From: an uncultured Pseudomonadota bacterium
GTDB taxonomy: Bacteria > Desulfobacterota > Binatia > Binatales > Binataceae
Length of the DNA stretch: 64,000 bases
Assembly (NCBI GenBank): GCA_963837035.1
Contig: CAWIMH010000035.1
Span: forward strand, 20,319-84,318
Direction of reading: 5' to 3'
How positions within the stretch are numbered: position 1 is the first letter of the stretch; the number at the start of each line of letters is the position of its first letter. Shown here one piece after another: positions 8,202 to 29,822 of the stretch. Both the position numbers and the translations under genes were made by a program. Under the pieces are notes generated by a model that was given only the letters and a program-made list of their open reading frames with translations, made no database searches and had not been told where the DNA came from.

Positions 8202-8912
8202 ATGGCAGGCAAGAAATACGCGAATGCCGCGAAAAACGTCGACCGCGAGAAGCGTTACGCGCTGGAAGAGGCGCTCAAGCTGGTGGTCGCGAACAAAGTG
8301 GCGAAGTTCGACGAAACCGTCGAGATGGCGGTGCGACTCGGCGTCGATCCGCGCCAGGCCGATCAGAACGTGCGCGGCACCGTGGTGCTGCCCAACGGCA
8401 CGGGCAAAGTCTCCCGCGTGCTCGTCCTGGCCAAGGGCGAAAAAGAGCGCGAGGCGCGCGAGGCGGGCGCCGACTTCGTCGGTGGGGACGACCTGATCAA
8501 GCGAATCCAGGAAGAGAACTGGCTCGACTTCGACCGCGTGATCGCGACTCCTGACATCATGGGTGCGGTCGGTCGTATCGGAAAAATCCTGGGACCGCGG
8601 GGCCTGATGCCCAATCCTCGGGTCGGGACAGTGACGTTCGACGTCGCCAAGGCAGTGCAAGAGGTCAAGGCGGGCAAGGTCGACTATCGGGTCGACAAAG
8701 CCGGCGTGATCCACGCGCGGATCGGCAAGATCAGTTTCGGTGAAGAGAAGTTGGCCGAAAACGCCAACGCCCTGTTGGGTGCGATACTTCGTTCGAAGCC
8801 CTCGACCGCGAAGGGCAACTACGTTAAGGGCGTGGCGATTTCTTCGACGATGGGACCGGGAGTGAAGATCGACCCCGCCGTGGCGGGCCGCACGTCCGCG
8901 GCAGCCGCCTGA
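8202..8912 (+). CDS. rplA: 50S ribosomal protein L1
   Basis: L1 family sequence ([16 protein letters not shown]); conserved order rplK-rplA. Confidence 0.95.
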   Translation: MAGKKYANAAKNVDREKRYALEEALKLVVANKVAKFDETVEMAVRLGVDPRQADQNVRGTVVLPNGTGKVSRVLVLAKGEKEREAREAGADFVGGDDLIKRIQEENWLDFDRVIATPDIMGAVGRIGKILGPRGLMPNPRVGTVTFDVAKAVQEVKAGKVDYRVDKAGVIHARIGKISFGEEKLAENANALLGAILRSKPSTAKGNYVKGVAISSTMGPGVKIDPAVAGRTSAAAA

Positions 8913-8935
8913 TTCGCGGAGTCTGAGCGATCGCA

Positions 8936-9511
8936 ATGAGAAAAGAACAGAAAGGCGCGATCGTAACGCAACTGGCCGAAAGTTTCGGCCGGGCCGGGAT
9001 CGCGCTGGTTTCGGAATACAAGGGCATGACCGCTGGCGAATCCGACGAGATGCGCCGGCGAATCCGTGCGGTCCGGGGCGAGTTCCGGGTGACCAAGAAC
9101 ACCCTGTTGCGGCGCGCCCTCAAGGACACCAGATTTGCGGCGCTCGAGACCCAGCTTGGCGGTCCGGTCGGGCTTATCGTCAGCTCCGCGGATCCGGTGG
9201 AACTGGCCAAGACCGTTACGTCGTTTCGTGAATTCGGCGAGAAGTTCAAACTGCGCGGCGGCGTGCTCGAGGGCAAACCGCTCACCGCAGCAGAGATTTC
9301 GGCGCTGGCCGCGCTGCCGCCACGCGAAGTGATCCTGGCGCAATTGCTGGGGCTGATCCAGGCGCCGGCGACACAGCTAGCGCGACTGCTGAACGAGCCG
9401 GGATCGGCGATGGCGCGCGTGCTCGATGCGATCGCGAAAAAGCGCGGCGCCGAAACGCCAACTGCGGCCGCGTCGGAGCCAGCGCCGGCGGCGGCGGAAC
9501 TGCAGGCGTGA
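8936..9511 (+). CDS. rplJ: 50S ribosomal protein L10
   Basis: L10 family sequence (VTKNTLLRRAL); conserved position before rplL. Confidence 0.93.
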   Translation: MRKEQKGAIVTQLAESFGRAGIALVSEYKGMTAGESDEMRRRIRAVRGEFRVTKNTLLRRALKDTRFAALETQLGGPVGLIVSSADPVELAKTVTSFREFGEKFKLRGGVLEGKPLTAAEISALAALPPREVILAQLLGLIQAPATQLARLLNEPGSAMARVLDAIAKKRGAETPTAAASEPAPAAAELQA

Positions 9512-9652
9512 CCACCGTTAGCGTACGCCGCATCGGTGTAGACGAGGATTGGAGAAGCTCGAGCTTTTCGGCAGGTCAAACAGATCGATTATTCGGCTAC
9601 GCGGCACTCTCGTCTCGGCCCCGGGCCGTTTAAGACAAGGAGCAAGAGGGAA

Positions 9653-10048
9653 ATGTCAGAAGAAGCGTCACTGAACCGCGGTCAGGTCAAGGAATATATA
9701 AAAAACCTGAGTCTGCTGGAGGCCGCGGCACTGGTTAAGGAGCTCGAAGAAGAGCTCGGCGTATCGGCGGCGGCTCCGATGGCGGTGGCGGCGGCCGCGC
9801 CCGCGGGCGGTGGCGCGGCAGCAGCAGCGCCGGAGAAGGATGAGTTCACGGTCATGCTGATGGCGGCCGGCGACAAGAAGATCCAGGTGATCAAGGTGGT
9901 CCGCGAGCTTACCGGACTGGGGCTCAAAGAGGCCAAGGATCTCGTGGATGGCGCGCCGAAGGCCGTCAAGGAGGGTCTCGCCAAAGCCGAGGCCGAGGAC
10001 GTCAAGAAGAAGCTCGAAGAGGTTGGGGGCACGGTCGAGTTGAAGTAG
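9653..10048 (+). CDS. rplL: 50S ribosomal protein L7/L12
   Basis: N-terminal dimerisation domain, Ala-rich hinge, C-terminal [28 protein letters not shown]. Confidence 0.95.
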   Translation: MSEEASLNRGQVKEYIKNLSLLEAAALVKELEEELGVSAAAPMAVAAAAPAGGGAAAAAPEKDEFTVMLMAAGDKKIQVIKVVRELTGLGLKEAKDLVDGAPKAVKEGLAKAEAEDVKKKLEEVGGTVELK

Positions 10049-10164
10049 GAGCCGGCGGGTTTTTGACACACAGGTTCCGGCGGCAAAACTGGGTTGGCGG
10101 CGGCGGACGCGGAGTTTCCGTGCCGGCCGTCGTGTGTTCTTCGGAAATTATCGAAAGTGTATGA

Positions 10165-10193
10165 CGGGCGCGCGGCGGAATGCGGTGCGCCCG
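10165..10193 (+). promoter_or_regulatory. GC-rich hairpin in the rplL-rpoB intergenic region (candidate attenuator)
   Basis: CGGGCGC...GCGCCCG stem with a 15-nt loop in the 205-bp rplL-rpoB spacer. A partial terminator at this position is known in other bacteria, but the U-tract here is weak. Confidence 0.25.
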
Positions 10194-10252
10194 TAAATTC
10201 TGATCGCTTGATAGTGCGCCGCGTACGCGGGGCACGTCGCGAGAGGTAGTCA

Positions 10253-14378
<4,126 letters not shown>

Positions 14379-14402
14379 CGAGGCAACAGGGAGTCAACAG
14401 GC

Positions 14403-18650
<4,248 letters not shown>

Positions 18651-18683
18651 CAAGAGGGCCGCTATCCCGTAATAGATGATATT

Positions 18684-18720
18684 CCCCCAAGGACTTCCTA
18701 TGTCCTTGGGGGGTTTGTTT
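18684..18720 (+). terminator. rho-independent terminator after rpoC
   Basis: CCCCCAAGGAC-TTCCTAT-GTCCTTGGGGGG hairpin followed by TTTGTTT. Confidence 0.75.
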
Positions 18721-18847
18721 GAGCAGGCGGCTGGCGGGGACGAGGATGGCATGACTCGGGGGGAAGACCCGAGACAGTTCCAACACAGTTTCCGGCATCG
18801 ACCAGGTGAGGTTAGGATGCCGTGGCCGAAAGAATGAAGTAAGCGAC

Positions 18848-19219
18848 GTGCCGACGATTAATCAATTGATCCGAAATGCGCGAATCAAGAAGCGCTACAA
18901 GATAAGTGCCCCCGCGCTTCAGGGCTCGCCGCAAAAACGCGGGGTCTGCACCCAGGTCAAGACGACCACGCCCAAAAAGCCAAATTCAGCATTGCGCAAG
19001 GTCGCGCGGGTACGGCTGTCCAACGGTTACGAGGTTAATACCTATATTCCCGGAGTAGGTCACAACCTGCAGGAGCATTCGGTGGTGCTAATTCGCGGTG
19101 GACGCGTGAAAGACCTGCCCGGCGTGCGCTACCATGTGATCCGCGGCACGCTGGATTCGATTGGGGTGCAAGACCGGCGCAAGGGCCGCTCGAAGTACGG
19201 TTCGAAGAAACCCAAGTAG
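18848..19219 (+). CDS. rpsL: 30S ribosomal protein S12
   Basis: [15 protein letters not shown]...[16 protein letters not shown]; GTG at 18848 gives the conserved N-terminus, while the ORF track's 18806 start would add 14 non-conserved residues. Confidence 0.9.
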   Translation: MPTINQLIRNARIKKRYKISAPALQGSPQKRGVCTQVKTTTPKKPNSALRKVARVRLSNGYEVNTYIPGVGHNLQEHSVVLIRGGRVKDLPGVRYHVIRGTLDSIGVQDRRKGRSKYGSKKPK

Positions 19220-19225
19220 GACGAC

Positions 19226-19696
19226 ATGTCACGTAAAGGACAGGCCCGCGTTCGGGAAGTAGTCCCGGATCCAAAGTTTCACGACCGTACGCTCGCAAAG
19301 TTCGTCAACGTCGTGATGGAACGGGGCAAGAAGTCGACGGCCGAGCAAATCCTGTATGGAGCGCTCGACCTTGCCGCGGACCGTTCCAAGGAGGACGGAC
19401 TGGTCGTTTTTAAACGCGCGTTGGATAACGTGCGGCCAGCCGTCGAGGTCCGCTCGCGTCGCGTCGGTGGCGCGAATTATCAAGTGCCAGTTGAAGTACG
19501 TCCGCTGCGGCGCTCTTCGCTCGCGATGCGCTGGTTGGTGACGGCGGCCCGTGCCCGCGGCGAGAAGTCGATGGTGGATCGGTTGGCCAACGAGATTCTA
19601 GAGGCGGCGGCGAATCGTGGTGGAGCGGTCAAGAAACGCGAAGATACCCATCGGATGGCGGAAGCGAACCGCGCCTTCGCGCACTACCGTTGGTAG
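19226..19696 (+). CDS. rpsG: 30S ribosomal protein S7
   Basis: S7 family sequence, follows rpsL as in the str operon. Confidence 0.95.
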   Translation: MSRKGQARVREVVPDPKFHDRTLAKFVNVVMERGKKSTAEQILYGALDLAADRSKEDGLVVFKRALDNVRPAVEVRSRRVGGANYQVPVEVRPLRRSSLAMRWLVTAARARGEKSMVDRLANEILEAAANRGGAVKKREDTHRMAEANRAFAHYRW

Positions 19697-19728
19697 AACG
19701 CATTAAACCTTAGCTTTAAGTTTTTCAA

Positions 19729-21822
19729 ATGGCTCGTCAGACTCCAATAGAACGGGTGCGCAATATCGGCATCATGGCCCACATCGATGCCGGCAAGACC
19801 ACTACGACCGAGCGCATCCTGTATTACACCGGGATCAACTACAAGATCGGCGAGGTGCATGAAGGCACCGCAACGATGGATTGGATGGTGCAGGAGCAGG
19901 AGCGAGGCATCACTATCACCTCTGCCGCGACCACCTGTTTCTGGCGCGACCATCGGATCAATATTATCGACACGCCCGGCCACGTGGATTTTACCATCGA
20001 AGTCGAGCGCAGCTTACGCGTGCTCGATGGCGCGGTGGGGGTGTTCTGCGCGGTCGGCGGAGTCGAACCGCAATCCGAGACCGTATGGCGGCAAGCGGAC
20101 AAGTACCGGGTCCCGCGCATCGCGTTCATCAACAAGATGGATCGGGTCGGGGCCGAGCACGAGCGCGTGCTGAATGAGATTCGCGACCGGCTCAAAGCCA
20201 AGCCGCTGCTGCTGCAGCTTCCGATCGGCGCCGAGGACAAGTTCACGGGCGTGATCGACCTGATCGAGCAGCGCGCGCTTATCTGGGACGAGGACCGGCT
20301 CGGCGCCAACTTTCGTCTCGAGGAGATTCCCGCAGCGCTGCGCGCACAGGCCGCGGAATACCGCGACAAACTCGTCGAAACCTTGGCCGACCATGATGAC
20401 AAGATCATGGAGCAGTTTCTCGAGGGCAAGCGCCCCGATGCCGAAACGATCCGGGCCGCGATCCGCAACGCCACGCTCAAAATCGAGCTGGTGCCGGTGC
20501 TCTTGGGCTCGGCCTTCCGCAACAAAGGCGTCCAGCCGATGCTGGACGCGGTGGTTGACTATTTGCCTTCGCCCCTGGATCAGCCCCCGGTAATCGGCAA
20601 GGTCGACGATAAGGAAGAGGAGCGGTGGCCGCGCGACGACGCGCCGCTGGCGGCGCTGGCCTTCAAGATCATGACCGACCCGTATATTGGAACGTTGACC
20701 TTCGTGAGGATCTACTCGGGGCGGCTCGAGAGCGGCAGCTCAGTACTGAATTCGACCAAGGGCAAACGCGAGCGGATCGGCCGGCTGGTCAAGATGCACG
20801 CCAACAAGCGCGAGGAGATCTCCGAGGTCTTTGCCGGAGACATCTGCGCGGTCGGCCTTCGCGATACTACTACCGGCGACACCCTGTGCGACCCTGCGCA
20901 TCCGATCATTTTGGAATCGATCGAATTCCCGGAGCCGGTGATCCAGATTGCGATCGAACCCAAGACCAAAGCCGACCAGGAGCGATTGGGCGAAGCTTTG
21001 CAGAAGCTGGCCAAGGAGGATCCTTCGTTCCGCGTGAGCGTGAACCGCGAAACCGCGCAGACCCTGATCTCCGGTATGGGCGAGTTGCACCTCGAGATTA
21101 TCGTCGATCGGATGCTGCGCGAGTTCAAGGTCGACGCCAACGTGGGCAAACCGCAGGTGGCATATCGCGAGACTATCCGGCGTGCGTCTGAGGCGGAGGG
21201 CCGTTTCGTGCGCCAGACCGGCGGTCATGGTCAGTTCGGCGTCGTCGACCTCAGGATCGAACCGCTAGCCAAGGGCGCGGGTTTCGAATTCGTCGACGAA
21301 ACCAAGGGCGGCTCGGTGCCGCGCAACTTTATCCCGTCGATCGAAAATGGGATCAAAGAGGCTATGGAGACCGGGGTGCTGGCCGGCTACCCGATGGTCG
21401 ATCTCAAGGCGTCACTGCTCGACGGAAAGTATCACGAAGTAGATTCCTCCGAACTCGCATTTAAAATTGCCGGCTCGATCGCCTTCAAGGAGGCCTGCGA
21501 AAAGGCGAGCCCCGTGCTGCTCGAACCGGTGATGGATGTGGAAGTGGTGACGCCGCAGGAATTCATGGGCGAGGTGATCGGCGACCTCAGCTCGCGCCGC
21601 GGCAAGATCAGCGAAATGGAGAATCGGGCGGGAGCGCAAGTGATCGCGGCGCGCGTACCGTTGGCGACGATGTTCGGTTACGCGACCCGACTACGTTCAA
21701 TCACCCAGGGCCGCGCCACCTACACGATGCAATTTGCGGTCTATGAGCCGGTGCCGCAGCAGATTTTCGAGGAACTAACCGCGCGAGGCGCCGGCGAGTC
21801 CGAAGCCCGGGCGCGCGCATGA
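19729..21822 (+). CDS. fusA: elongation factor G
   Basis: [13 protein letters not shown]1 motif, DTPGHVDF, 697 aa; str operon position. Confidence 0.97.
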   Translation: MARQTPIERVRNIGIMAHIDAGKTTTTERILYYTGINYKIGEVHEGTATMDWMVQEQERGITITSAATTCFWRDHRINIIDTPGHVDFTIEVERSLRVLDGAVGVFCAVGGVEPQSETVWRQADKYRVPRIAFINKMDRVGAEHERVLNEIRDRLKAKPLLLQLPIGAEDKFTGVIDLIEQRALIWDEDRLGANFRLEEIPAALRAQAAEYRDKLVETLADHDDKIMEQFLEGKRPDAETIRAAIRNATLKIELVPVLLGSAFRNKGVQPMLDAVVDYLPSPLDQPPVIGKVDDKEEERWPRDDAPLAALAFKIMTDPYIGTLTFVRIYSGRLESGSSVLNSTKGKRERIGRLVKMHANKREEISEVFAGDICAVGLRDTTTGDTLCDPAHPIILESIEFPEPVIQIAIEPKTKADQERLGEALQKLAKEDPSFRVSVNRETAQTLISGMGELHLEIIVDRMLREFKVDANVGKPQVAYRETIRRASEAEGRFVRQTGGHGQFGVVDLRIEPLAKGAGFEFVDETKGGSVPRNFIPSIENGIKEAMETGVLAGYPMVDLKASLLDGKYHEVDSSELAFKIAGSIAFKEACEKASPVLLEPVMDVEVVTPQEFMGEVIGDLSSRRGKISEMENRAGAQVIAARVPLATMFGYATRLRSITQGRATYTMQFAVYEPVPQQIFEELTARGAGESEARARA

Positions 21823-21861
21823 GCGCTGCAAGCAAAGGAGAGGATGCCGGGAGGGCATATC

Positions 21862-23061
<1,200 letters not shown>

Positions 23062-23117
23062 GGAGCGCGGTTCAACACTCGAATGTTTCCGGATGAGTCC
23101 GGTACGTGGCAGACAGG

Positions 23118-23426
23118 ATGAATGACAAGATACGGATACGCCTGAAGGCGTACGACTACCGGTTGCTCGACCAGTCGGTGCGCGAGATCGTCGACACGAT
23201 CCGGCGCACCGGGGGCCGCGTTGCCGGGCCGATTCCGCTGCCGACCCGGATCGAGCGTTTTACGGTGAATCGCTCGCCCCATGTCGACAAGAAATCGCGC
23301 GAACACTTTGAGATTCGCACCCACAAACGCCTGCTTGACGTGCTCGAGCCCACCCAGCAAACGATCGACGCGCTGGGTAAGCTCGATCTGGCGGCGGGCG
23401 TGGACGTTGAGATCAAACTCGAGTAA
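23118..23426 (+). CDS. rpsJ: 30S ribosomal protein S10
   Basis: [20 protein letters not shown] matches the S10 N-terminus; the ORF track's upstream GTG 23106 is an alternative start. Confidence 0.88.
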   Translation: MNDKIRIRLKAYDYRLLDQSVREIVDTIRRTGGRVAGPIPLPTRIERFTVNRSPHVDKKSREHFEIRTHKRLLDVLEPTQQTIDALGKLDLAAGVDVEIKLE

Positions 23427-23431
23427 CTCCT

Positions 23432-24100
23432 GTGCTGAGTGGACTGATCGGAAAAAAGTTAGGAATGACCCAGGTCGGCGATACCGTCGGCCGGGTGCAG
23501 GCCGTGACCGTAATTCAGCTCGGTCCGTGCGCGGTGACGCAGATCAAAACCGCGCCCACGGACGGCTACGACGCCGTGCAGGTGACCTGGGGCAAGAAGA
23601 AATTGTCGCGGGCGACCAGCCCTGAGCGCGGCCATTTCAAAAAAGCGGAAGTGGCGCCGGGTATCGCCACCCGCGAGTTCCGCAAGCGCGGGGCCGACGA
23701 ACTCAAGCTCGGCCAGGTCGTCGGCGCGGGCGACGTGTTCAAGCCCGGGGATGCAGTTGACGTTTCAGCGGTGTCCAAAGGCCATGGCTACGCGGGCGTG
23801 ATCAAACGGCATCATTTCGCCGGATTTCCGGGTTCGCACGGCACCCACGAATACTTTCGCCATGGCGGCTCGATTGGCAACCGTTCGTATCCGGGCCGCG
23901 TGCGCAAGGGACTGCGAATGGCTGGACAGATGGGCAACGCCATGGCGACCATCCTGAACCTCACTGTGGTCGAGGTCCTGGCGGAGGATAATTCGCTCGT
24001 GGTCGCGGGAGCGGTTCCCGGCCCGGACGGTGGATTGGTCGTAGTCCGGCACGCGGCGAAAACACGGCGTGGTACGCTGGAGGCTACGGCCAATGGATGA
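23432..24100 (+). CDS. rplC: 50S ribosomal protein L3
   Basis: [16 protein letters not shown]-terminus (GTG start), L3 family throughout. Confidence 0.93.
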   Translation: MLSGLIGKKLGMTQVGDTVGRVQAVTVIQLGPCAVTQIKTAPTDGYDAVQVTWGKKKLSRATSPERGHFKKAEVAPGIATREFRKRGADELKLGQVVGAGDVFKPGDAVDVSAVSKGHGYAGVIKRHHFAGFPGSHGTHEYFRHGGSIGNRSYPGRVRKGLRMAGQMGNAMATILNLTVVEVLAEDNSLVVAGAVPGPDGGLVVVRHAAKTRRGTLEATANG

Positions 24101-24749
24101 CCAGCAGACCGCAACCGTCAGGGTCCCGTTGTTTTCCGCGAGCCGCGAGCGCAAGGGCGACTTCGAGCTTTCCGGAGCGATTTTCGGCAGTACCGGGCCC
24201 GAGTCGCTTCTGCACGAAGCAGTCAGAATGCAGTTGGCGAAACGTCGCGCGGGAACCGCGTCGACCAAGACGCGCGGATTTATCTCCGGGGGTGGTCGCA
24301 AGCCGTGGCGGCAAAAGGGTACTGGCCGCGCACGTTCGGGCTCTACGCGCTCGCCGATTTGGCGTCATGGCGGCACGATCTTCGGGCCGCAACCCCGCGA
24401 CTATTCGTACAAGATGCCGAAAAAAGCCTGGCGCCGAGCGCTGAGCCTCGCCCTTTCGGACCGCGCGCGCAACGGCAAGATCGTCGTGGTCGAAGCGCTG
24501 GAATTGCCAGAGCCCAAGACCAAACATGCCGTGGCAGCGCTGGCGGCACTCGGCCTGGCGCATACGCTCATCGTGGTGGGAGAGGAGGACCGGGACTTCT
24601 ATCGTGCGGCGCGCAATCTCGCGGCGCATAAAGTCCTGCGGGCAGCGGCGCTCAATGTCTACGATGTGCTCAACTACGATGAATTACTGATGACCGCGAA
24701 AACTGCATCGGCGCTGCAGGCGCGACTCCTCGGGAGCGATAGCCAATGA
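24093..24749 (+). CDS. rplD: 50S ribosomal protein L4
   Basis: GGGRKPWRQKGTGRARSGS signature; ATG 24093 with GGAGG 11 nt upstream preferred over GTG 24069. Confidence 0.9.
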   Translation: MDDQQTATVRVPLFSASRERKGDFELSGAIFGSTGPESLLHEAVRMQLAKRRAGTASTKTRGFISGGGRKPWRQKGTGRARSGSTRSPIWRHGGTIFGPQPRDYSYKMPKKAWRRALSLALSDRARNGKIVVVEALELPEPKTKHAVAALAALGLAHTLIVVGEEDRDFYRAARNLAAHKVLRAAALNVYDVLNYDELLMTAKTASALQARLLGSDSQ

Positions 24750-25033
24750 GTTCCGAGACCGCTATTGTTGCGCCCCTGATCACCGAAAAAGGAACGGCTG
24801 TCGGCGAAAAGGCCAACCAGGTGGTTTTCCGGGTGAGGCCCGGAACCAGCAAGGACCGGATTCGCACGACGATCGAGGACATGTTCAAGGTCACGGTGCT
24901 GAAGGTCCGCACTTCCAATTTTCTGGGTAAGCAGCGGCGGCGCGGGCGCACGGTGGGTCGGCGGCCGAATTGGAAAAAGGCGTACATAACGCTCAAGGCG
25001 GGTGACAAGATAGAGTTTTTCGAGGGCCTCTAG
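24746..25033 (+). CDS. rplW: 50S ribosomal protein L23
   Basis: 95-aa L23 family protein, ATGA overlap with rplD. Confidence 0.93.
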   Translation: MSSETAIVAPLITEKGTAVGEKANQVVFRVRPGTSKDRIRTTIEDMFKVTVLKVRTSNFLGKQRRRGRTVGRRPNWKKAYITLKAGDKIEFFEGL

Positions 25034-25051
25034 GTCCGGAGCGACAGTCCG

Positions 25052-25882
25052 ATGGCAGTAATTCAACTCAAACCGCGCACCCCGGGTCAGCGCTTCATGC
25101 AGTTGGCGGATTTCTCGGCGCTGAGCAAGAAACCGCCGGAGAAGAGCCTGTTGGTGCCGGTCCATAGCTCCGGTGGCCGTAACAACCTCGGCCGGATGAC
25201 CTCGCGCCATCGTGGCGGCGGGCATAAGCGCCGGCTGCGCGTGATCGACTTCAAGCGTAATCGCGACGGTATCCCGGCGGTGGTCGCCGCCCTTGAGTAT
25301 GATCCCAACCGCTCGGCCAATATCGCGCTGCTCAATTACGTTGACGGCGAAAAGCGTTACATCCTGGCGCCCGAAGGGCTCAAAGTCGGGGACAAGGTCG
25401 AATGTGGCGCGTCTGCGGATATCAAGCCCGGTAACGCGCTGCAGTTAAAGAATATCCCGCTCGGTACGCTGGTCCACGCGATCGAGCTTAAGCCCGGAGC
25501 GGGCGCGCAACTCGCGCGCGGAGCGGGCGCGCAGGCGCAGTTGATGGCGAAGGAGGGCAAGTTCGCCCTGCTGAAACTGCCCTCGGGCGAGCAGCGGATG
25601 GTGCAGGCGGAGTGCCGTGCGACGATTGGGCAGGTCGGTAACCTGGATCACGAGAATATCTCGATTGGCAAAGCCGGTCGCAGTCGGTGGCTGGGTAAGC
25701 GCTCGCATGTACGCGGAGTCGCGATGAACCCGGTGGACCATCCGCATGGCGGTGGCGAAGGACGCTCTAAAGGGAATCATCCGCAGTCGCCGTGGGGAAT
25801 GCCGGCCAAGGGTTACAAGACGCGTGGTAAAAAACAGTCGGATCACTATATCGTGAGTCGCCGGCCGCGTGGCAAGCGCTAG
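25052..25882 (+). CDS. rplB: 50S ribosomal protein L2
   Basis: 276 aa, [19 protein letters not shown] and C-terminal HPHGGGEGR signatures. Confidence 0.97.
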   Translation: MAVIQLKPRTPGQRFMQLADFSALSKKPPEKSLLVPVHSSGGRNNLGRMTSRHRGGGHKRRLRVIDFKRNRDGIPAVVAALEYDPNRSANIALLNYVDGEKRYILAPEGLKVGDKVECGASADIKPGNALQLKNIPLGTLVHAIELKPGAGAQLARGAGAQAQLMAKEGKFALLKLPSGEQRMVQAECRATIGQVGNLDHENISIGKAGRSRWLGKRSHVRGVAMNPVDHPHGGGEGRSKGNHPQSPWGMPAKGYKTRGKKQSDHYIVSRRPRGKR

Positions 25883-25894
25883 TCAGGAATTGCA

Positions 25895-26221
25895 ATGAGG
25901 TCATTGAAGAAGGGTCCATTCGTCGACACCCATCTACAGAAGAAGGTGGATACGGCGGTAGGCGCCGGGGACAAGCGGATAATCCGGACCTGGTCGCGGC
26001 GCTCGATGATCGTCCCGGACATGATTGGGCTCACCTTTGCGGTCCACAACGGCCACAAATTCATCCCGGTGTACTGCACGGAGAATATGGTGGGACACAA
26101 GCTGGGTGAGTTTTCACCGACGCGCACTTTCCATGGCCATGCCGGTGAACGCAAGGGTGAGGTGAAAGCGTCCGCCGCCCCAGCTTCCGCCCCATCCGCG
26201 CCAAGAACGCCGGCGGCGTGA
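25895..26221 (+). CDS. rpsS: 30S ribosomal protein S19, with an Ala/Pro/Ser-rich C-terminal tail
   Basis: [11 protein letters not shown]...NGHKFIPVY core; about 16 extra low-complexity C-terminal residues. Confidence 0.93.
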   Translation: MRSLKKGPFVDTHLQKKVDTAVGAGDKRIIRTWSRRSMIVPDMIGLTFAVHNGHKFIPVYCTENMVGHKLGEFSPTRTFHGHAGERKGEVKASAAPASAPSAPRTPAA

Positions 26222-26243
26222 GGCGGGCTAGAGGAATCGAGTA

Positions 26244-26582
26244 ATGGAAGCTGTTGCGCGTACCCGTTTTGTTCGTATCTCGCCGCAGAAAATCCGGCTC
26301 GTATGCGGATTGATCGCCGGCAAGCGGGTCGATCAGGCCCTCTCGATACTGGAGTTTACGCCCAAGAAGGGCGCGCGAATCCTGTCCAAGACGCTGCTCG
26401 CGGCGATCGCCAACGCGCGCGATCAGCAGAACGTCGACGAAGACCGGCTGTTCGTCAAACGTGCAGTGGCGGACACCGGACCGACCACGAAACGCTCGCT
26501 CCAGCGCGCCCATATGCATGCGACACCGATCTTGAAGCGCAGCAGCCACGTGACGGTTATCGTTGACGAGCGGGCGTCCTGA
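26244..26582 (+). CDS. rplV: 50S ribosomal protein L22
   Basis: L22 family sequence. Confidence 0.93.
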   Translation: MEAVARTRFVRISPQKIRLVCGLIAGKRVDQALSILEFTPKKGARILSKTLLAAIANARDQQNVDEDRLFVKRAVADTGPTTKRSLQRAHMHATPILKRSSHVTVIVDERAS

Positions 26583-26590
26583 GGGAGCTT

Positions 26591-27265
26591 ATGGGCCAGA
26601 AGACACATCCGCGCGGGCTGCGGCTCGGCATTATCGAAGGCTGGGACTCCAAATGGTACGCGGCGCAGAACTACGCGACGCTGCTGCACGAAGATCTGAA
26701 ACTTCGCGACTTTATCAAGCAGCGCCTATATCACGCCGGAATTTCACGTATCGAGATCGAGCGGATGGCCAACAAGGCCAAGATCAATATTCATACGGCG
26801 CGCCCGGGAATCGTTATCGGCAAGAAGGGGGTCGAGATCGATCGGCTCAAGACCGATATCCAGAAGCTCATGAAGGGCAAAGAGGCGTTCATCAATATTC
26901 ATGAGGTACGGCGGCCCGACTTGGATCCGCAACTGGTCGCCGAGAATATCGCGTTGCAACTCGAGCGCCGGGTGGCGTTTCGCCGGGCGATGAAGGAAGC
27001 CGTGTTGCGCGCGATGCGGATGGGGGCGCAAGGGGTCAAGGTGCAGGTCTCCGGAAGGCTCGGCGGCGCGGAAATCGCACGCCGGGAATGGTATCGGGAG
27101 GGACGGGTACCGTTGCAGACTCTGCGCGCGGACGTCGCCTATGGATTCGCCGAGTCGAGAACTACTTACGGAGTTATCGGCGTTAAGGTCTGGATTTTCC
27201 GCGGTGAGATATTGACCCGGCAGGAAGAGGCCGCCAAGCGCGCCGGTGCGGCCCAGCAAAATTAA
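26591..27265 (+). CDS. rpsC: 30S ribosomal protein S3
   Basis: [15 protein letters not shown]-terminus with KH domain. Confidence 0.96.
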   Translation: MGQKTHPRGLRLGIIEGWDSKWYAAQNYATLLHEDLKLRDFIKQRLYHAGISRIEIERMANKAKINIHTARPGIVIGKKGVEIDRLKTDIQKLMKGKEAFINIHEVRRPDLDPQLVAENIALQLERRVAFRRAMKEAVLRAMRMGAQGVKVQVSGRLGGAEIARREWYREGRVPLQTLRADVAYGFAESRTTYGVIGVKVWIFRGEILTRQEEAAKRAGAAQQN

Positions 27266-27297
27266 AGGCGGCTTCACCGAATCAGGATTAGGCAACG

Positions 27298-27723
27298 ATG
27301 CTCTCACCCAAGAAAGTAAAGTACCGCAAGATTCAGAAGGGGCGCGTGCGCGGTGCCGAGTCTCGCGGCCTGGAACTTGCCTTCGGCGATTTCGGGCTCA
27401 AAAGCGCCGAGACTGCGCGAGTCGATACGCGCGCGCTTGAAGCCGCACGAATCGCGCTGACCCGGCATATCAAGCGCGGTGGACGCGTTTGGATCCGGGT
27501 CTTCCCCGACAAGCCGTTCACCAAGAAGCCGGCGGAGACGCGCATGGGCAAGGGCAAGGGGTCACCCGAAGGGTGGGTTGCACGAGTACGGCCCGGACGG
27601 ATCCTCTTCGAGATGGAAGGGGTCGATCCGGCCACGGCGCGCGAAGCGATGCGCCTCGCGGCGCATAAGCTGCCGATCAAAACGGTCGTGGTCGAGCGGG
27701 AGGCTCAGGGCTTTGGAGCTTGA
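27298..27723 (+). CDS. rplP: 50S ribosomal protein L16
   Basis: [11 protein letters not shown]...RMGKGKG signature. Confidence 0.96.
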   Translation: MLSPKKVKYRKIQKGRVRGAESRGLELAFGDFGLKSAETARVDTRALEAARIALTRHIKRGGRVWIRVFPDKPFTKKPAETRMGKGKGSPEGWVARVRPGRILFEMEGVDPATAREAMRLAAHKLPIKTVVVEREAQGFGA

Positions 27724-27943
27724 CGAATTGAGACAGATGAGTGCCGCCGATCTGGCGGTCAAAGAGGCGGAAGCGCGCGAGGAAATCTTCAAGTTGCGCT
27801 TGAAGCTGCGCACTAATCAGCTCGGTAATCCGGCGAACTATCGCAAGGCGCGCAGGGAGTTGGCGCGGATCGTTACTCTGCGTCGCGAGAAGGCCCCGGG
27901 GGCTGGTGTCCACAAGCAGGTGAGCGATGCGACAGCGGGTTAA
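27713..27943 (+). CDS. rpmC: 50S ribosomal protein L29
   Basis: (M)[31 protein letters not shown] matches the L29 helix pattern. It is not in the ORF track as its own entry (it lies inside a longer spurious reading). Start is TTG 27713, overlapping rplP by 11 nt, or alternatively ATG 27737. Confidence 0.75.
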   Translation: MELDELRQMSAADLAVKEAEAREEIFKLRLKLRTNQLGNPANYRKARRELARIVTLRREKAPGAGVHKQVSDATAG

Positions 27944-28181
27944 GCGGCGCGAAGGTACTGTGGTAGCCGCGCGCATGGTCAAGACCGTAATGGTTCAGGT
28001 CGATCGTCTCGTCCAGCATCCGCTTTACGGTAAAAGGGTTAACCAGCGCGCGCGCTTCATGGCGCACGATGAAGGGAGCCAATGCCACGAAGGGGACCGC
28101 GTGTTGATTATCGAGTCGCGGCCGCTCTCCAGGCATAAACGCTGGCGGGTGAGCCGGATTCTCAAGCGGGCGGCGCAATAG
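27927..28181 (+). CDS. rpsQ: 30S ribosomal protein S17
   Basis: 84 aa S17 family protein ([18 protein letters not shown]...HPLYGK). Confidence 0.92.
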   Translation: MRQRVKRREGTVVAARMVKTVMVQVDRLVQHPLYGKRVNQRARFMAHDEGSQCHEGDRVLIIESRPLSRHKRWRVSRILKRAAQ

Positions 28182-28194
28182 GGAGCGGCACGCG

Positions 28195-28563
28195 ATGGTC
28201 CAGACGCGAACGATCCTTGGGGTGGCGGACAATTCGGGTGCCCGCAAAGTCATGTGCATCAAAGTGCTCGGCGGTTCGCGCCGGCGCTACGCGACGGTGG
28301 GCGACGTGATCGTCGTCGCGGTGAAAGAAGCGATCCCCAACGCCAAGGTCAAAAAGGGCGATGTGTCGCGCGCGGTTATCGTCCGTACGAGCAAGGAAGT
28401 GAGCCGCGAAGACGGCAGCTATATACGGTTTGACGACAATTCGGCGGTGCTGCTCGATGCCCAGCACGAACCCGTCGGCACCCGAATTTTTGGTCCGGTG
28501 GCGCGCGAGCTCCGCGCTAAGCGCTTCCTCAAGATTATCTCGCTCGCGCCGGAGGTGCTGTGA
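28195..28563 (+). CDS. rplN: 50S ribosomal protein L14
   Basis: [27 protein letters not shown] signature; ends ISLAPEVL. Confidence 0.97.
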   Translation: MVQTRTILGVADNSGARKVMCIKVLGGSRRRYATVGDVIVVAVKEAIPNAKVKKGDVSRAVIVRTSKEVSREDGSYIRFDDNSAVLLDAQHEPVGTRIFGPVARELRAKRFLKIISLAPEVL

Positions 28564-28904
28564 TGGCGGCGCAGAGTTCCGCAGGTAAGTGCAAGATCCG
28601 GAAGAATGACACCGTGATGGTGATCAAGGGACGTGAGCGCGGCAAGACCGGCAAGGTACTTCGGGTGTTTCCCGAAGATCGACGTGTAGTGGTCGAGCGG
28701 TTGAACGTCGTCAAGCGCCATTCCAAGCCGCGCGGCGCCGCCAGTCCGGGCGGAATTGTCGAAAAGGAAGCCCCGCTCGCCGTCGCCAACGTGATGATCA
28801 TGTGCGACCGCTGCAATGCGCCGGTACGTATCGGTATCAAGACGGCGCCCGACGGCGACACCAGAGTATGCCGCCGCTGCGGCGAATCACTGGGGAATGA
28901 ATGA
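28560..28904 (+). CDS. rplX: 50S ribosomal protein L24, with a C-terminal Cys4 zinc-ribbon extension
   Basis: KOW domain ([15 protein letters not shown]) plus C-terminal CDRCNAPVR...RVCRRCGE. Confidence 0.93.
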   Translation: MMAAQSSAGKCKIRKNDTVMVIKGRERGKTGKVLRVFPEDRRVVVERLNVVKRHSKPRGAASPGGIVEKEAPLAVANVMIMCDRCNAPVRIGIKTAPDGDTRVCRRCGESLGNE

Positions 28905-29605
28905 TGGCCGACGAGAAAAAAAGCGAAAAGGCGCAGCCGAAGGCACCGCGCGAACGCGGTGCCAAAAAAGGACCACGCGCCGAGAGCGCCGCGCCGGTCG
29001 CGGAAGCGAAGCCGCGCGAGCCCGAGCCCAAGCTCCCGGCGCGGCTGCGCCTGCGCTACGAGCAGGAAATTGTGCCCGAGCTGATGCGCGAGCTCAAGAT
29101 CGAAAATCGGATGCGCGTGCCGCGACTGCAAAAGATCGTCATCAATATGGCGCTGGGCGAGGCCCGCGAGAATGCCAAGATACTCGATGCGGCCGCGGAG
29201 GAATTGCGCCAGATCACCGGGCAAAAACCGGTCATTACCCGGGCGCGCAAGGCGATCTCAAATTTCAAGCTGCGCGAGGGCATGCCGATCGGTGTGATGG
29301 TGACGTTGCGGCGCGAGCGGATGTGGGAGTTCTTCGATCGGATGGTGAACGTCGCGATGCCACGCGTGCGCGACTTTCGGGGGGTCGCAGACAAGTCTTT
29401 CGACGGACGCGGCAACTACTCGATGGGTCTGCGCGAACATACGATTTTCCCTGAACTGAATCTCGACAAAGTCGAAAAAGTAAAGGGCATGACGATTTCG
29501 ATCACCACGACGGCGCACAGCGATTTCGAGGGGCAAACCCTGTTGAAGGCGCTCGGGATGCCGTTCCGGGGCGCTGGCGGCGATAGTGCCGTCCGTGCCG
29601 CGTAA
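28901..29605 (+). CDS. rplE: 50S ribosomal protein L5, with a roughly 47-aa Lys/Ala/Pro/Glu-rich N-terminal extension
   Basis: core [12 protein letters not shown]...[15 protein letters not shown] is L5; no alternative start codon sits between the annotated ATG and the conserved core, so the extension appears genuine. Confidence 0.9.
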   Translation: MMADEKKSEKAQPKAPRERGAKKGPRAESAAPVAEAKPREPEPKLPARLRLRYEQEIVPELMRELKIENRMRVPRLQKIVINMALGEARENAKILDAAAEELRQITGQKPVITRARKAISNFKLREGMPIGVMVTLRRERMWEFFDRMVNVAMPRVRDFRGVADKSFDGRGNYSMGLREHTIFPELNLDKVEKVKGMTISITTTAHSDFEGQTLLKALGMPFRGAGGDSAVRAA

Positions 29606-29620
29606 GAAGGATTACGCAAT

Positions 29621-29806
29621 ATGGCGAAGACCTGTCTTCGGGTTAAGGCGGCGCGAACGCCCAAGTTCAAGGTGCGCGGCTACAACCGCTGTCCGCTGTG
29701 CGGACGCTCCCGCGCCTTTTACCGGCGCTTCAGGATGTGCCGCCTATGTCTTCGAAAGCTCGCGCTGCGCGGGGCGTTGCCCGGCGTAGTCAAGGCCAGC
29801 TGGTAG
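29621..29806 (+). CDS. rpsZ: 30S ribosomal protein S14 type Z (zinc-binding)
   Basis: 61 aa, C-x2-C-x12-C-x2-C (CPLCGRS...CRLC). Confidence 0.95.
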   Translation: MAKTCLRVKAARTPKFKVRGYNRCPLCGRSRAFYRRFRMCRLCLRKLALRGALPGVVKASW

Positions 29807-29822
29807 AATTGAGGGATCACGG